From Nitrosopumilus sp. (lineage in GTDB: Archaea > Thermoproteota > Nitrososphaeria > Nitrososphaerales > Nitrosopumilaceae), in contig OZ242041.1 in the NCBI GenBank assembly GCA_965205215.1, forward strand, positions 800,001 to 864,000: DNA of 64,000 nt, in the 5' to 3' direction. Below the pieces are notes generated by a model. It was not told where the DNA came from and searched no databases. It worked only from the letters and a program-made list of their open reading frames with translations. Position numbers and translations under genes: made by a program. Below, one piece after another: positions 1 through 9,328 of the stretch (position 1 is its first letter; every line of letters starts with the position of its first letter).

Positions 1-1378
1 TGTCCTCGATCCGGCCGCGGCCGTCGTCGTAGTTCCTGCCCAAGTATTCCTCCCCGTTTATCTCCGGGGAGACGTACACGTCCCATCCGGGGTGGCTGCG
101 CCTCACGGAGTCAAACCATTCTGGCAGGCCCGCCTCCCCGTGGTTGATCTCCTGCCCTCCCCCGACAAGGCAGACGAGCACCGCCCAGTCCGCGTGCCTA
201 TCCATCGTATTGATCAAGTATTCCGGCTGCGACATGCCGATCTCCCTCCCCTTCCTCTTCTTCATGAACCTGTCAAGCTCCTTCCTGCTCCACGCGCGCT
301 GCGCCTCGTCGAACACCACTACCCTTTCGTGCGGCGGGCGATCCGAGTCCATGGCCTCGGTGATGAACTCCCTGACGGGCTGTATGAGGGCCGCGGCCTC
401 CCTGTACGCGCTGCTCTTCGTGACCCTGGCAAGGGTGGGATCCCTGGCGCGTTTGGAGCGCTCCCTGTCGAACTTGTCGCGCGCGAGCGCCTCGCGCAGG
501 ACGTTTACGAGCGGGCCGTTGCCGGACAGAAAGACGGATCCGGTGTCATCATCGCCATCATCATCGTCGTAGTCGTGGGACGGCCAGTCACGGGGCTTTA
601 CAGTCAGGTTCAACCCCACCAGGGTCTTGCCCGCCCCCGGTATGCCGGTCACAAAGCATATCGATTTTCTGCCGTTTTCTCTGGAGTGTTCTATCACGCC
701 CTCGACTGCCGACTTGGTACTGGTGAGGTTCTCAGCTCCCGCCTCGGAGCGCGTTATGTCGCGCACGTCGTGGTTGTTGTACAGGGCGCGCGCGGCCTCG
801 ATGATGGTCGGCGTGGGCTTGTATGCTGATCTCTCCCACTCGAGCGGGTCTATCGTAACCCCGCCGCCCTGGACCCCGGCCGCCCTGCGCATGATCTCGT
901 GCAGGTTTGATCCGTTGGAGCACACGACCCCAAAGACCCCGTCCTCCCGCATGTCCAGGCCGTATGCAGCCGTCCCAGCCTCGCTGGCCACCAGAACGGG
1001 GAGTATGGGCTTGTCGTGGCTCCCCTCGTGGAAGTTCTTCAGGTCCACTGCATAGTCTGTGCACTGGTCCATGTCCGCCCGCCTGTACTGGCCTTCGCCG
1101 ATCTTGAACTCCAGCACGAACACCACGCCGCCGTAAATTATTACGGCGTCGGACCTCTTTCCCATGCGTGGGATGACAAACTCCAGGTAGACGTGGCCGC
1201 TGCCATCGCCGACATCCAGCCTGCGCAGCTCACGCGCCATTATGCCCAACTGGCCCTGCCACGCCCGCTTCTGCTCGTCTGTGGGGGGCATCTCGCTCCG
1301 GTCTGCCAGGACCGAGCGCACCTGCGCGGCATCAGTCCCCAAAAAGGACTCCAGACTGTCCGAATAGTACGCCCTCAC
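1..1378 (-). CDS. DUF2075 / Schlafen group 3-like helicase with N-terminal nuclease-like domain (3' end beyond the left edge)
   Basis: Not in the ORF track because it has no stop in the window. Manual translation from GTG 1378 gives VRAYYSDSLESF...LEFVIPRMGKRSDAVII...VLEFK, Walker A FVTGIPGAGKTL, Walker B VVVFDEAQRAW and CLVGGGQEINHGEAGL. Confidence 0.85.
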   Translation of the reverse strand, partial: MRAYYSDSLESFLGTDAAQVRSVLADRSEMPPTDEQKRAWQGQLGIMARELRRLDVGDGSGHVYLEFVIPRMGKRSDAVIIYGGVVFVLEFKIGEGQYRRADMDQCTDYAVDLKNFHEGSHDKPILPVLVASEAGTAAYGLDMREDGVFGVVCSNGSNLHEIMRRAAGVQGGGVTIDPLEWERSAYKPTPTIIEAARALYNNHDVRDITRSEAGAENLTSTKSAVEGVIEHSRENGRKSICFVTGIPGAGKTLVGLNLTVKPRDWPSHDYDDDDGDDDTGSVFLSGNGPLVNVLREALARDKFDRERSKRARDPTLARVTKSSAYREAAALIQPVREFITEAMDSDRPPHERVVVFDEAQRAWSRKELDRFMKKRKGREIGMSQPEYLINTMDRHADWAVLVCLVGGGQEINHGEAGLPEWFDSVRRSHPGWDVYVSPEINGEEYLGRNYDDGRGRIED

Positions 1379-1528
1379 GCCCTGTCACCGCGGCGGCGCT
1401 AAATATGGATGCTGATCCTCCCTTGCGTGCCGGCCCCTCTGATTGGCGCCCCGGCGCGGCCCTCGGGGGCGCCGCACCTGTATGTGATCATCACAATATA
1501 TTTAACATCTGGAGTGGCCGTTTTTCTA

Positions 1529-2374
1529 TTGGTTGTAGACAACAAGGCGACGGTCACGTACGTCCAGCTGCTCAAGGAGGACCTGGTGATCATGAGGCTC
1601 GTCCCAAACGAGGGGCCCGTGCCGGAGTTCAGGGCCGGGCAGTTCATAACGCTTGGCATGCCGAACCCCAACGAGGGCGGCAAGATTGTGAGGCGCGCCT
1701 ACTCCATAGCGTCGCATCCGGAGAACAGGGACTATATCGAGCTCGTAATCCGGTGGGTCCGCAAGCCCCTGCCGGGCAGGCTCACCACCCAGCTGTTCAA
1801 CGCCAAGGAGGGCGACGAGGTGCTGTGGCTCAAGCCGAGCGGCAAGGCGCTCGACATAAACGAGACCCTGCCGGACGGCTCGCCTGACACGAGGAGGATG
1901 GTCTGCATCGGGGGCGGCACCGGGCTTGCCCCGTTTGTCAGTTATGCGCAGCACCTGCACCACGTCGGCGACAAGCGTGAGATCGTGGTGCTGCACGGCG
2001 CAAGCTACGTCGACGAGCTGTCCTACAAGGACCTGCTGACCGACCTGGAATATGACAGCATGCAGAGGGGCAAGGACCAGTGGAATTTCAGGTACAGGGC
2101 CGCGATCAGCAGGCCGCAGGAGTGGTTCAACCGGTCGTGGTCGGGCCAGATTGGGCGCGTCGAGACGTTCCTGCGCCCGCGCGCGGACGGCGTGTCCCCA
2201 CTGGAGGACTTGGTAGGCGAGGAGATAACAAAGGAGAACACCATGTTCTACGTGTGCGGCTGGCAGGGCACGATAGACGGGGTGATGGACTTTTTAAAGC
2301 CGAGGGGGTTTGTGACGGAGCACGACAAGCGCGACGACGGCAGCTTTGAGGTCAAGTACGAGTCGTACGGGTGA
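1529..2374 (+). CDS. Ferredoxin-NADP(+) reductase family flavoprotein
   Basis: RAYSIAS, GGGTGLAPF and YVCG motifs. Start placed at TTG 1529, 30 nt after a TATTTAAC box at 1499. Confidence 0.9.
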   Translation: MVVDNKATVTYVQLLKEDLVIMRLVPNEGPVPEFRAGQFITLGMPNPNEGGKIVRRAYSIASHPENRDYIELVIRWVRKPLPGRLTTQLFNAKEGDEVLWLKPSGKALDINETLPDGSPDTRRMVCIGGGTGLAPFVSYAQHLHHVGDKREIVVLHGASYVDELSYKDLLTDLEYDSMQRGKDQWNFRYRAAISRPQEWFNRSWSGQIGRVETFLRPRADGVSPLEDLVGEEITKENTMFYVCGWQGTIDGVMDFLKPRGFVTEHDKRDDGSFEVKYESYG

Positions 2375-2448
2375 CCTCCCCTTCCCACCGCCACCATCGC
2401 CGCCGCATGGCCACAGTTGAAATAAGAGACATTACGGTTTAGACGCAG

Positions 2449-3177
2449 TTGGCCACCCGTGACGATGATGCTACGGCCCTGTACCTCGCCCACCTCAACC
2501 CCGTCACGAACGCGCACGTCGAGATCATATCGGACCTCAAGGGGGCCGCCGGCACGGTCAAGGTGATGCCGGTCGTGTTCAGGGACCGCGATCACAACGA
2601 GGTCAACAGCCGGAGCTTTCCGTTCAGCTTTGAGTGCAGGAGGGAGATGCTAGAGTCCGTCTTTGGCGACTCCATTGTGATATCCGACGACTATACGTTT
2701 CACGCCCCCTTCAAGTGCTACATGCCGCCCCTCCTCTCGCCTAAGTCCTGGAGGCTGCGGAGGCAGATACTGCGCGGGGTGGAGCGCCGGAGGTACTTTT
2801 CGTACACGGGCGACCGCACGGAGGGCTACATGCTGCGGCTCTATAGGCTAAAGCCGCGGGTGGGCACGAGGAGGCCCATCTCGGCCGCGTCAGTCAAGGA
2901 GAGGATGTACGGGGCCGCGCTGGCGGAGGGGGGCGCCGGCGGTGGTCACGGTCCTGATGATAATGATGATCATGATCGCGGTGATGATCATGGCAGTGAC
3001 GATCGTGATGGCAGCGGCGCCGGCCCGGGAGAGGGACGCGCCCCCGGCGGGTGGGAGTCCGACGTACCGGAGCCGGTCGCGCGCATAATCCGGAGGGAGT
3101 GGGACGTGGTCAGGAGGTTTGCGGGCGCCGAGGACCTGACCGCCAGAATTTTCGGCATGAAGTTTCCAAAGGAGTAG
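2449..3177 (+). CDS. Cytidylyltransferase-like (HIGH-superfamily) nucleotidyltransferase-fold protein
   Basis: N-terminal LYLAHLNPVTNAH, PFSFECRREML and ISAASVKE motifs; acidic D/H-rich insertion near the C-terminus. Confidence 0.6.
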   Translation: MATRDDDATALYLAHLNPVTNAHVEIISDLKGAAGTVKVMPVVFRDRDHNEVNSRSFPFSFECRREMLESVFGDSIVISDDYTFHAPFKCYMPPLLSPKSWRLRRQILRGVERRRYFSYTGDRTEGYMLRLYRLKPRVGTRRPISAASVKERMYGAALAEGGAGGGHGPDDNDDHDRGDDHGSDDRDGSGAGPGEGRAPGGWESDVPEPVARIIRREWDVVRRFAGAEDLTARIFGMKFPKE

Positions 3178-3252
3178 CGCCGGCGCGGCACGCGCCTCGC
3201 CGCCCGGGCCCGGTTGAAAATAGATTAATACAGAAACACGGCCGCAACATGC

Positions 3253-4182
3253 GTGAAGCTTCCGCTGTGCCCGCTCGTGTGGATTGACGGCTCGTACGTG
3301 CCGCTTGAGCAGGCCACCATACCGATAACCACCCATGCGATGCATTATGGCACCACCATCTTTGAGGGGGTCAGGGCGTACTGGAACGGCGAGGACCTCA
3401 ACGTGTTCCGCCTCGACGACCACATACGCCGCTTTAGGCGCTCCGGCGGCTTTTACGGGATATCGCTCAACCATACGGACTCCGAGGTGTCCGACGCCAT
3501 TACCGGGATCTGCAGGGAGAACAAGCTCAGGGAGTCGTGCTATGTCAGGCCCTTTTACTTTGTGGGGAACCACGGCATAAACCTGCACGTCACGCCCGAC
3601 GCGCCCACCGTGATGGCCGTCTTTGCGTTCCCGTTCGGCGACCTGTTTGAGAAGGGCGGCATATCGGCGGTCACGTCCTCGTGGCGAAAGTTCTCCGACG
3701 CGTCGACCCCGGTCCAGGCAAAGATGGGCGGAAACTACCTCAACTCGATAATCGCCACAGGCGAGGCCAAAAAGGCCGGCGCGGACGAGGCCATACTGCT
3801 GGACCTGTCCGGAAACGTGAGCGAGGCGCCCGGCGAGAACATATTCGCGGTCATAGACGGCAGGCTGGTCACGCCCACCCTGGCGTCCTCCGCGCTGGAG
3901 GGCATCACCCGCGACACGATACTGGAGGTGGCCCGCGCCGCGGGGATAGAGGCAGTGGAGCAGGACATGACGCGCGCCGATATGATGTCGGCGCAGGAGG
4001 TGTTTCTGAGCGGGACGGCTGCCGAGATCACGCCGGTGACGACGATCGACTCCAAGAGGATAGGGGACGGCGGCGGGCCCGGCCCCGTCACGCGCGAGAT
4101 GATGGAGCGGTACACCGACATCGTAATGGGGCGCGCGCCAGAGTACGCCGACCGCTGGCTGACACCGGTGTATGGCACATGA
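3253..4182 (+). CDS. ilvE: Branched-chain amino acid aminotransferase
   Basis: HYGTTIFEGVRAY, AKMGGNY (PLP lysine), EAPGENIF, LEGITRDT, SGTAAEITPV. Confidence 0.95.
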   Translation: MKLPLCPLVWIDGSYVPLEQATIPITTHAMHYGTTIFEGVRAYWNGEDLNVFRLDDHIRRFRRSGGFYGISLNHTDSEVSDAITGICRENKLRESCYVRPFYFVGNHGINLHVTPDAPTVMAVFAFPFGDLFEKGGISAVTSSWRKFSDASTPVQAKMGGNYLNSIIATGEAKKAGADEAILLDLSGNVSEAPGENIFAVIDGRLVTPTLASSALEGITRDTILEVARAAGIEAVEQDMTRADMMSAQEVFLSGTAAEITPVTTIDSKRIGDGGGPGPVTREMMERYTDIVMGRAPEYADRWLTPVYGT

Positions 4183-5327
4183 CCAGAGGCGGCGGCACGA
4201 GGCTGGCGCTCGTCGGCGCGGGCGGGCCGGAGTGCGGGCGGATTGCAAGGATATTGTCCGACATGGGCGCGCTTGCGGCCGTGTGCGACCCCGATGAGCG
4301 CAGGGCCGCGTCGTGCGGCCAAGAGCACTCCGTGGGCCATTACGGGGACGTCGGCGGCATGATCCGGGGCGAGGCGTTTGAGGGGGCCGTCGTGGCCGCA
4401 CCCGCTGCTGATGGTGCCCGCGCAGCTGCGGCCTCTGAGCTGCTCGGCGCGGGAAAGCACGTGTGCGCGCAGTGGCCGCCCGCGTGCGACGCGGCCGGTA
4501 TGGAGTCGCTGCTGGAGCTGGCAGGCCGGAAGAAGGCGGTACTGTCGTGCCTTCCTGTGGCGCCCTCGGGCATGGCCGCAGAAGCGATGCGCGACGCGGC
4601 GTCGTCTGGCGCGTACGGCCGCCTGATGTCGTTTGACATCCGCGCAAGGGGCAGTACCGCGTTGGCGTACGCCGGCCGGGACGACTGCGACTATGGGGAC
4701 GAGCGCGACGGCGGCCCGGGCGGCGGCCATACAGATAGTGACCATACAGATAGTGACCATACAGATAGTGACCATACAGATGATGACCCTGCCGGCGATG
4801 CCCGCGCCAGCGCCATGCGCGCCATGCAGGCAGACTACGTATACGCCGCAAACCTGGCGTTTGACGCCGCTCCACACGTGGTCTTTGCCGTATCAGGCAG
4901 CCTGGGGGACGGCCGCCCGGAGGGCCGCCTGACCACCATATTCGGATACGGCGGCGGCTCGGCTGCCACGATATCCATCCACCTGGAGGCCGGCAACATC
5001 TCTGAGACGGCGGAGGCGGTGCTGGAGGGGGCGGTCATAAGGGCGGACCTGTCCGAGGGGTTAGTCGTAACCGAGCCTGCCGCGGCCGGCCCCGGCCCCG
5101 ACAGCGCCGCAGAGAGCCGGGGCCATCCGCACGACAGCCTGGACCCCGACTCGCAGCTGCGATCCTGGCTTGGGGACTTTGCGAACGCCGTAAATCACGG
5201 GGACAATCCGGAGCGCCGCGCACGCGTCGCGCGGAGCGCCGCGCACGCGCTGGCGGCAATCAAGGCCGCCAAAGCTTCACTTTTATCTGCAAGGCGGGGG
5301 ATCCCCATATACCTGGATCTGAGATAG
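4179..5327 (+). CDS. Divergent Gfo/Idh/MocA-family oxidoreductase
   Basis: ATG overlaps the ilvE stop (ATGA). Rossmann start RLALVGAG, AVCDPD and LLGAGKHVC; the canonical EKP appears as QWP. Confidence 0.7.
   Translation: MTRGGGTRLALVGAGGPECGRIARILSDMGALAAVCDPDERRAASCGQEHSVGHYGDVGGMIRGEAFEGAVVAAPAADGARAAAASELLGAGKHVCAQWPPACDAAGMESLLELAGRKKAVLSCLPVAPSGMAAEAMRDAASSGAYGRLMSFDIRARGSTALAYAGRDDCDYGDERDGGPGGGHTDSDHTDSDHTDSDHTDDDPAGDARASAMRAMQADYVYAANLAFDAAPHVVFAVSGSLGDGRPEGRLTTIFGYGGGSAATISIHLEAGNISETAEAVLEGAVIRADLSEGLVVTEPAAAGPGPDSAAESRGHPHDSLDPDSQLRSWLGDFANAVNHGDNPERRARVARSAAHALAAIKAAKASLLSARRGIPIYLDLR
4728..4787 (+). repeat. In-frame 15-bp tandem repeat (CATACAGATAGTGAC x3 plus one variant) encoding HTDSD
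   Basis: Read directly from the sequence. Confidence 0.95.
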
Positions 5328-5603
5328 ATGAAGAAGAGCGTGATGATGGACATACTGGCGTGCCCCATTGACAAGCACCACCCGCTGGAGCTCCACGTCG
5401 TGAGCGAGAAGGGGGACGGCACCGTGTCGGAGGGCGCGCTGTACTGCGAGAAGTGCTCCCGGTTCTATCCCATTATAGAGGAGATCCCGATAATGCTCCC
5501 CGACGACCTGCGCGACAAGGAGCAGGAGACCGAATTTCTCGGCAGGCACTCCGGGTCGCTGCCCGAAAAGATAACCGCGCGCGCGAACCCGTGGCACCTG
5601 TGA
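5328..5603 (+). CDS. Trm112 family methyltransferase activator
   Basis: MDILACPIDK...EGALYCEKCSRFYPIIEEIPIML. Confidence 0.9.
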   Translation: MKKSVMMDILACPIDKHHPLELHVVSEKGDGTVSEGALYCEKCSRFYPIIEEIPIMLPDDLRDKEQETEFLGRHSGSLPEKITARANPWHL

Positions 5604-5645
5604 CCGCATGCGAAATCTCTAAATCATCCACCTGCGCGCGCGCCG

Positions 5646-7037
5646 TTGCTATTGTCTCCTAACCTGCCCCGCGGCATGAGGGATTTTGACGGGGCCGACT
5701 CTGCGGGAATCGAGCGCATCAGGGAGCGCTTTGTGCGCGCGTGCGGGCTGTACGGGTACGGGCTCGTGGACCCCTCGCCGCTTGAGAGCCTCTCGACCCT
5801 GGAGACCAGGTCGGGGCCCGCAATCAGGGACGAGATATACCACTTTGAGGACAAGGGCGGCCGCCGGGTGGCCCTCCGCTTTGACTTTACCATGGGGCTT
5901 GCGAGGCGCGCCGCGCAGCAGCGCTCGGAGAGGCTGCCCTCCAAGGTCGCCAGCTTTGGGGGCGTGTTCAGGTACGACGAGCCGCAGCAGGGCAGGTACC
6001 GGTACTTTCACCAGTGGGACATGGAGGTGTTCGGCAGCCCTTCTGCGGACGCGGACGCGGAGATAATCGAGGCCACGTCCCTGCTGTTCGAGTCCCTCGG
6101 GATGAAAAAGGGCATCTCGATACGGGTCTGCCACCGCGGGCTGGTGGAGTCCCTCGTGCGCAGCGTCTTCGGGCAAGAGACGCCTGCAGGCGAGATGTCA
6201 GATATACTGCGCGCCATGGACAAGGCCGCAAAAAAGCCGAGGGATGCAATAATATCCGAGTATGCGGACGCCGCGGGAGGCGGTGGGCGCCCGGACCGCG
6301 CCGACATGCTAGGCGAGCTGCTCGAGTATGCCTCCATGCGCGGAGGCGCGGACGAGATAGCCGGCAGGCGGGGGGAGATCTCGTCGCTGGACGGGTGGGA
6401 CGATCTCGCGTCGCTGTCCGACTCGCTTGGGAGCCGCGGCGTGGACTGCGCCGTGATAGACCTTGGAATCGTGCGGGGGCTTGACTACTACTCCGGGATG
6501 GTCTTTGAGGTGTTCGATGACAGTGATGACGATGGCGGCGGCGACGGCCCGCCCTCCCAGTACGGCTCGCTTGCCGGGGGAGGCAGGTACGACGCGCTGA
6601 TGAAGGCCTTTGACAGGCCAGACCTCGGGGCCGCCGGCGTTGCAGGCGGGGTGGAGCGCACGATGCTTGCGATGCGCCGCAGGGGGCTGCTTGACGGTGA
6701 CCGTGACGGCTCCACCCGGGCCGGCGCGGCGGCAGCAGCAGCGGACCTGGTCGCCGTCATATGCGCCACGCCGGACGCCAGAGGGGTGGCCGCCGGAATC
6801 GCGTCGGCCCTGCGCCGCGGCGGCATTACGACCGAGTTTGATATTGCAGGACGCCCCCTCAAAAAGCAGATGGCCGCCGCGTCCCGCGCGGGCGCCCATG
6901 CCGCCATAATCATAGGAACCGAGGAGGTGCAGAGCGGGCAGGCGCTGCTCCGTATGATGGACACCGGGGAGCAGCGCACGGTAAGGCTCGATGAGCTGAC
7001 AGGCGACCCTGGCTCGGTCATTGCGCGCGTCAGCTAA
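5646..7037 (+). CDS. hisS: Histidyl-tRNA synthetase
   Basis: PRGMRDF, LRFDFT, FRYDEPQQGRYRYFHQ, VRGLDYYSGMVFE, GGGRYD, C-terminal anticodon-binding domain. Confidence 0.95.
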   Translation: MLLSPNLPRGMRDFDGADSAGIERIRERFVRACGLYGYGLVDPSPLESLSTLETRSGPAIRDEIYHFEDKGGRRVALRFDFTMGLARRAAQQRSERLPSKVASFGGVFRYDEPQQGRYRYFHQWDMEVFGSPSADADAEIIEATSLLFESLGMKKGISIRVCHRGLVESLVRSVFGQETPAGEMSDILRAMDKAAKKPRDAIISEYADAAGGGGRPDRADMLGELLEYASMRGGADEIAGRRGEISSLDGWDDLASLSDSLGSRGVDCAVIDLGIVRGLDYYSGMVFEVFDDSDDDGGGDGPPSQYGSLAGGGRYDALMKAFDRPDLGAAGVAGGVERTMLAMRRRGLLDGDRDGSTRAGAAAAAADLVAVICATPDARGVAAGIASALRRGGITTEFDIAGRPLKKQMAAASRAGAHAAIIIGTEEVQSGQALLRMMDTGEQRTVRLDELTGDPGSVIARVS

Positions 7038-7710
7038 GAAAGGCCCTTGTGAGCATCATTATCTCGGGCCCCGTCGTGAGGGATCCGACCACTATCGCGT
7101 TGTTGTTTGCAAGCATGCCGGACGCCACGTACGGTATACCGTTGTTTATGGACGCGTGCTCTATGCCGCGCACCCCCAGCAGGTTGGCAAACGCCTTCAT
7201 CTCCTCCTCGTCGGTCTCCGGATGGACGGCCGCGCCCGTGTTGTTCGCGGCCATTACGGATCCCGTCTGGTACATGCCGGCTATCCTGCCCTGCATGACC
7301 TCCACCCCCAGCGTGTCGGATATGGCGCCGCACTCCGCCCTTGAGAGCCATGGGGACGCAATGGCCCCCCTGTCGTTTGCGCACACCAGGTTGCCGAGCG
7401 CCGTGAACTTGGAGTCAAGCACGCCCACGTTGAGGCCGGTCTCCGACTTGAGCATGTCATACTCGTCCTCAAACGCCGTCCTCGGCAGCATGATCCCGGA
7501 GTTGTTCATCACAAGCAGGGTGCCAAGCAGCCTGGTGTTTGCCACCGACGCGTTCACGCGGCGCTCCACCCCCAGGTGACCTGCAAGCCTGTCGGCCTTT
7601 TCGGGCGCAAACCCGCTTGGCAGGAGCAGGACCGAGTCGTTTGCGGCCGCGTACACGCCCACGTTGGGCCCCCTGTACAGGTCGTACTTTATGATGTCCA
7701 CGCGAAACAT
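7030..7710 (-). CDS. eif6: Translation initiation factor 6 (aIF6)
   Basis: NVGVY, ALGNLVCANDRGA, SINNGIPYVASGMLANNN, GSLTTGPEI. Confidence 0.93.
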   Translation of the reverse strand: MFRVDIIKYDLYRGPNVGVYAAANDSVLLLPSGFAPEKADRLAGHLGVERRVNASVANTRLLGTLLVMNNSGIMLPRTAFEDEYDMLKSETGLNVGVLDSKFTALGNLVCANDRGAIASPWLSRAECGAISDTLGVEVMQGRIAGMYQTGSVMAANNTGAAVHPETDEEEMKAFANLLGVRGIEHASINNGIPYVASGMLANNNAIVVGSLTTGPEIMMLTRAFLS

Positions 7711-7809
7711 GGGCGGCGGTGCGTTATGAACCTAGGGGATTCGAGGCCTGTGCCGCGTGCGCCGCGCGGCCAGCCGTTCCGGCCCTGCGCCGCCCCCGCA
7801 CTGTTTATC

Positions 7810-7817
7810 TTTAAATA
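7810..7817 (+). promoter_or_regulatory. Archaeal TATA box (TTTAAATA) of the first ferredoxin
   Basis: 30 nt upstream of ATG 7840; the same spacing recurs at 8424, 37819 and 63434. Confidence 0.7.
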
Positions 7818-7839
7818 GCAACACCTCGCCTGTATCTTC

Positions 7840-8391
7840 ATGCCGATAGCAGAAAACTTTCCAGAGGGCCTGGAGCCCATAGGCAAGATCGAGACGGCCG
7901 ACGGCCAGTTCCACTTTATGTGGGGCCCCGGCAAGGACAAGAACGCGGACGGATCGCCGGCAGAGGTACTCTCCGACGAGGAGGTAAAGTCCGCGTACGC
8001 GGCGCGCGGCGAGGAGCAGGTCCCGCTCGGAGTCAGCGGGACGATGGTGGCAGTCGACTGGGACTCGTGCGTGGCAGACGGCGCCTGCATAGAGGCGTGC
8101 CCTGTCCAGGTCTTCCAGTGGTACCGCACGGAAAAGGACATCCCGGCCAAGGACGTGCTGGGGCAGTACTTTGAGGGCACGGGCAGCTCAGTCAAGGACG
8201 AGAGGGCCGACTTTACCGACAAGGCCGACCCCATCAGGGAGCACGACTGCATATGGTGCATGGCGTGCGTATCCGTATGCCCGCCCCAGGCCATAAAGGT
8301 GGACCAGTCGAACCTGGAGGCGCACGAAAAGGCGGCCGGGACCTTTGTAAAGATAGAGGCCGGCACGCCAAACCCGCACTCGCACGACTGA
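7840..8391 (+). CDS. Dicluster ferredoxin, paralog 1
   Basis: CVADGACIEACP and CIWCMACVSVCP motifs. Confidence 0.92.
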   Translation: MPIAENFPEGLEPIGKIETADGQFHFMWGPGKDKNADGSPAEVLSDEEVKSAYAARGEEQVPLGVSGTMVAVDWDSCVADGACIEACPVQVFQWYRTEKDIPAKDVLGQYFEGTGSSVKDERADFTDKADPIREHDCIWCMACVSVCPPQAIKVDQSNLEAHEKAAGTFVKIEAGTPNPHSHD

Positions 8392-8453
8392 CACCACTTT
8401 AGTTTCGACTAATTTTATTTAGATTTAAATAATAATCACAGGCACGTGGAATC

Positions 8454-8990
8454 ATGCCAATAGACGAGAAATTTGTGGAGAATCTTGAAGTCATCGGCAA
8501 GACCAGCCACGCGGATGGGGAGAACAAGCACTTCATCTGGGGGCCTGGTAACACCGAGGGCGACGCGTTCTCCAACGACGATGTCAAGGCCGCATACGAG
8601 GAGCACGGCGAGGAGCAGGTCCCGCTCGGCATCCACGGCACCACCGTGGCAGTCGACTGGGACTCGTGCGTCGCCGCGGGCTCGTGCATGAGCGTCTGTC
8701 CCGTGCAGACATTCCAGTGGTACCGGACCGAGCAGGACATTGCTGCGGCCGACTGCCTGGACGCCACCTTTGAGGGCACGGGCCTGACGGAGCAGGACGA
8801 GCGCCTGGACTACTCCGACAAGTCACAGCCGATCAGGGAGCACGACTGCACCCAGTGCATGGCATGCCAGGAGGCATGTCCGACGCACGCAATCCTGATA
8901 GAGCCGTCATACCTCGAGTATCACGAGAAGGCAGACGGGACCTTTGTCAAGATGCAGGGCAGCTCGGTCAACCCGCACGCACACGATTAG
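8454..8990 (+). CDS. Dicluster ferredoxin, paralog 2
   Basis: CVAAGSCMSVCP and CTQCMACQEACP; clearly homologous to the upstream gene; own TATA box at 8424-8431. Confidence 0.92.
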   Translation: MPIDEKFVENLEVIGKTSHADGENKHFIWGPGNTEGDAFSNDDVKAAYEEHGEEQVPLGIHGTTVAVDWDSCVAAGSCMSVCPVQTFQWYRTEQDIAAADCLDATFEGTGLTEQDERLDYSDKSQPIREHDCTQCMACQEACPTHAILIEPSYLEYHEKADGTFVKMQGSSVNPHAHD

Positions 8991-9036
8991 AGGATATCTC
9001 CTCTGACTTTTTTTCCATTTGTTGTGTACATGTGGC

Positions 9037-9180
9037 CGCACGTACACACGTATGCGCATACGTACGTACGTACACACGTACACACGTACACACGTACACA
9101 CGTACACACGTACACACGTACACACGTACACACGTACACACGTACACACGTACACACGTACACACGTACACACGCGCGCG
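9037..9180. repeat. Intergenic 8-bp tandem repeat (CACACGTA, ~13 copies at ~9069-9174) within a 144-bp strictly alternating pyrimidine-purine tract
   Basis: Read directly from the sequence. Confidence 0.95.
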
Positions 9181-9328
9181 GCCTGCGGCACGTCCGGCCT
9201 GCGGTCTTTCAATATCCCCCGCGGGTTTGATACACAGGTGATGTCGCGGAACTGGATCCAAAGAATATGTTCTGTTTTTGTACCACGCAGGGTATTTATG
9301 TGGGGAAAATGGTACAAAACCCAAAGCA

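Noticed and set aside
92-1402. Plus-strand track ORFs at the left edge
   Set aside because: Antisense shadows of the minus-strand DUF2075 gene, which carries the real motifs.
2890-4877. Long antisense ORFs (661 aa and 380 aa here; likewise 18049-20169, 28011-29474, 44451-45422, 56918-57874)
   Set aside because: Expected shadow frames of GC-rich genes; no motifs, and they lie opposite well-supported CDSs.
9037-9180. Possible CRISPR array or coding repeat (track ORFs with HTYTRTHV / VYVCTCVR)
   Set aside because: An 8-bp unit with no spacers and no cas genes; the ORFs are just stop-free readings of the microsatellite.
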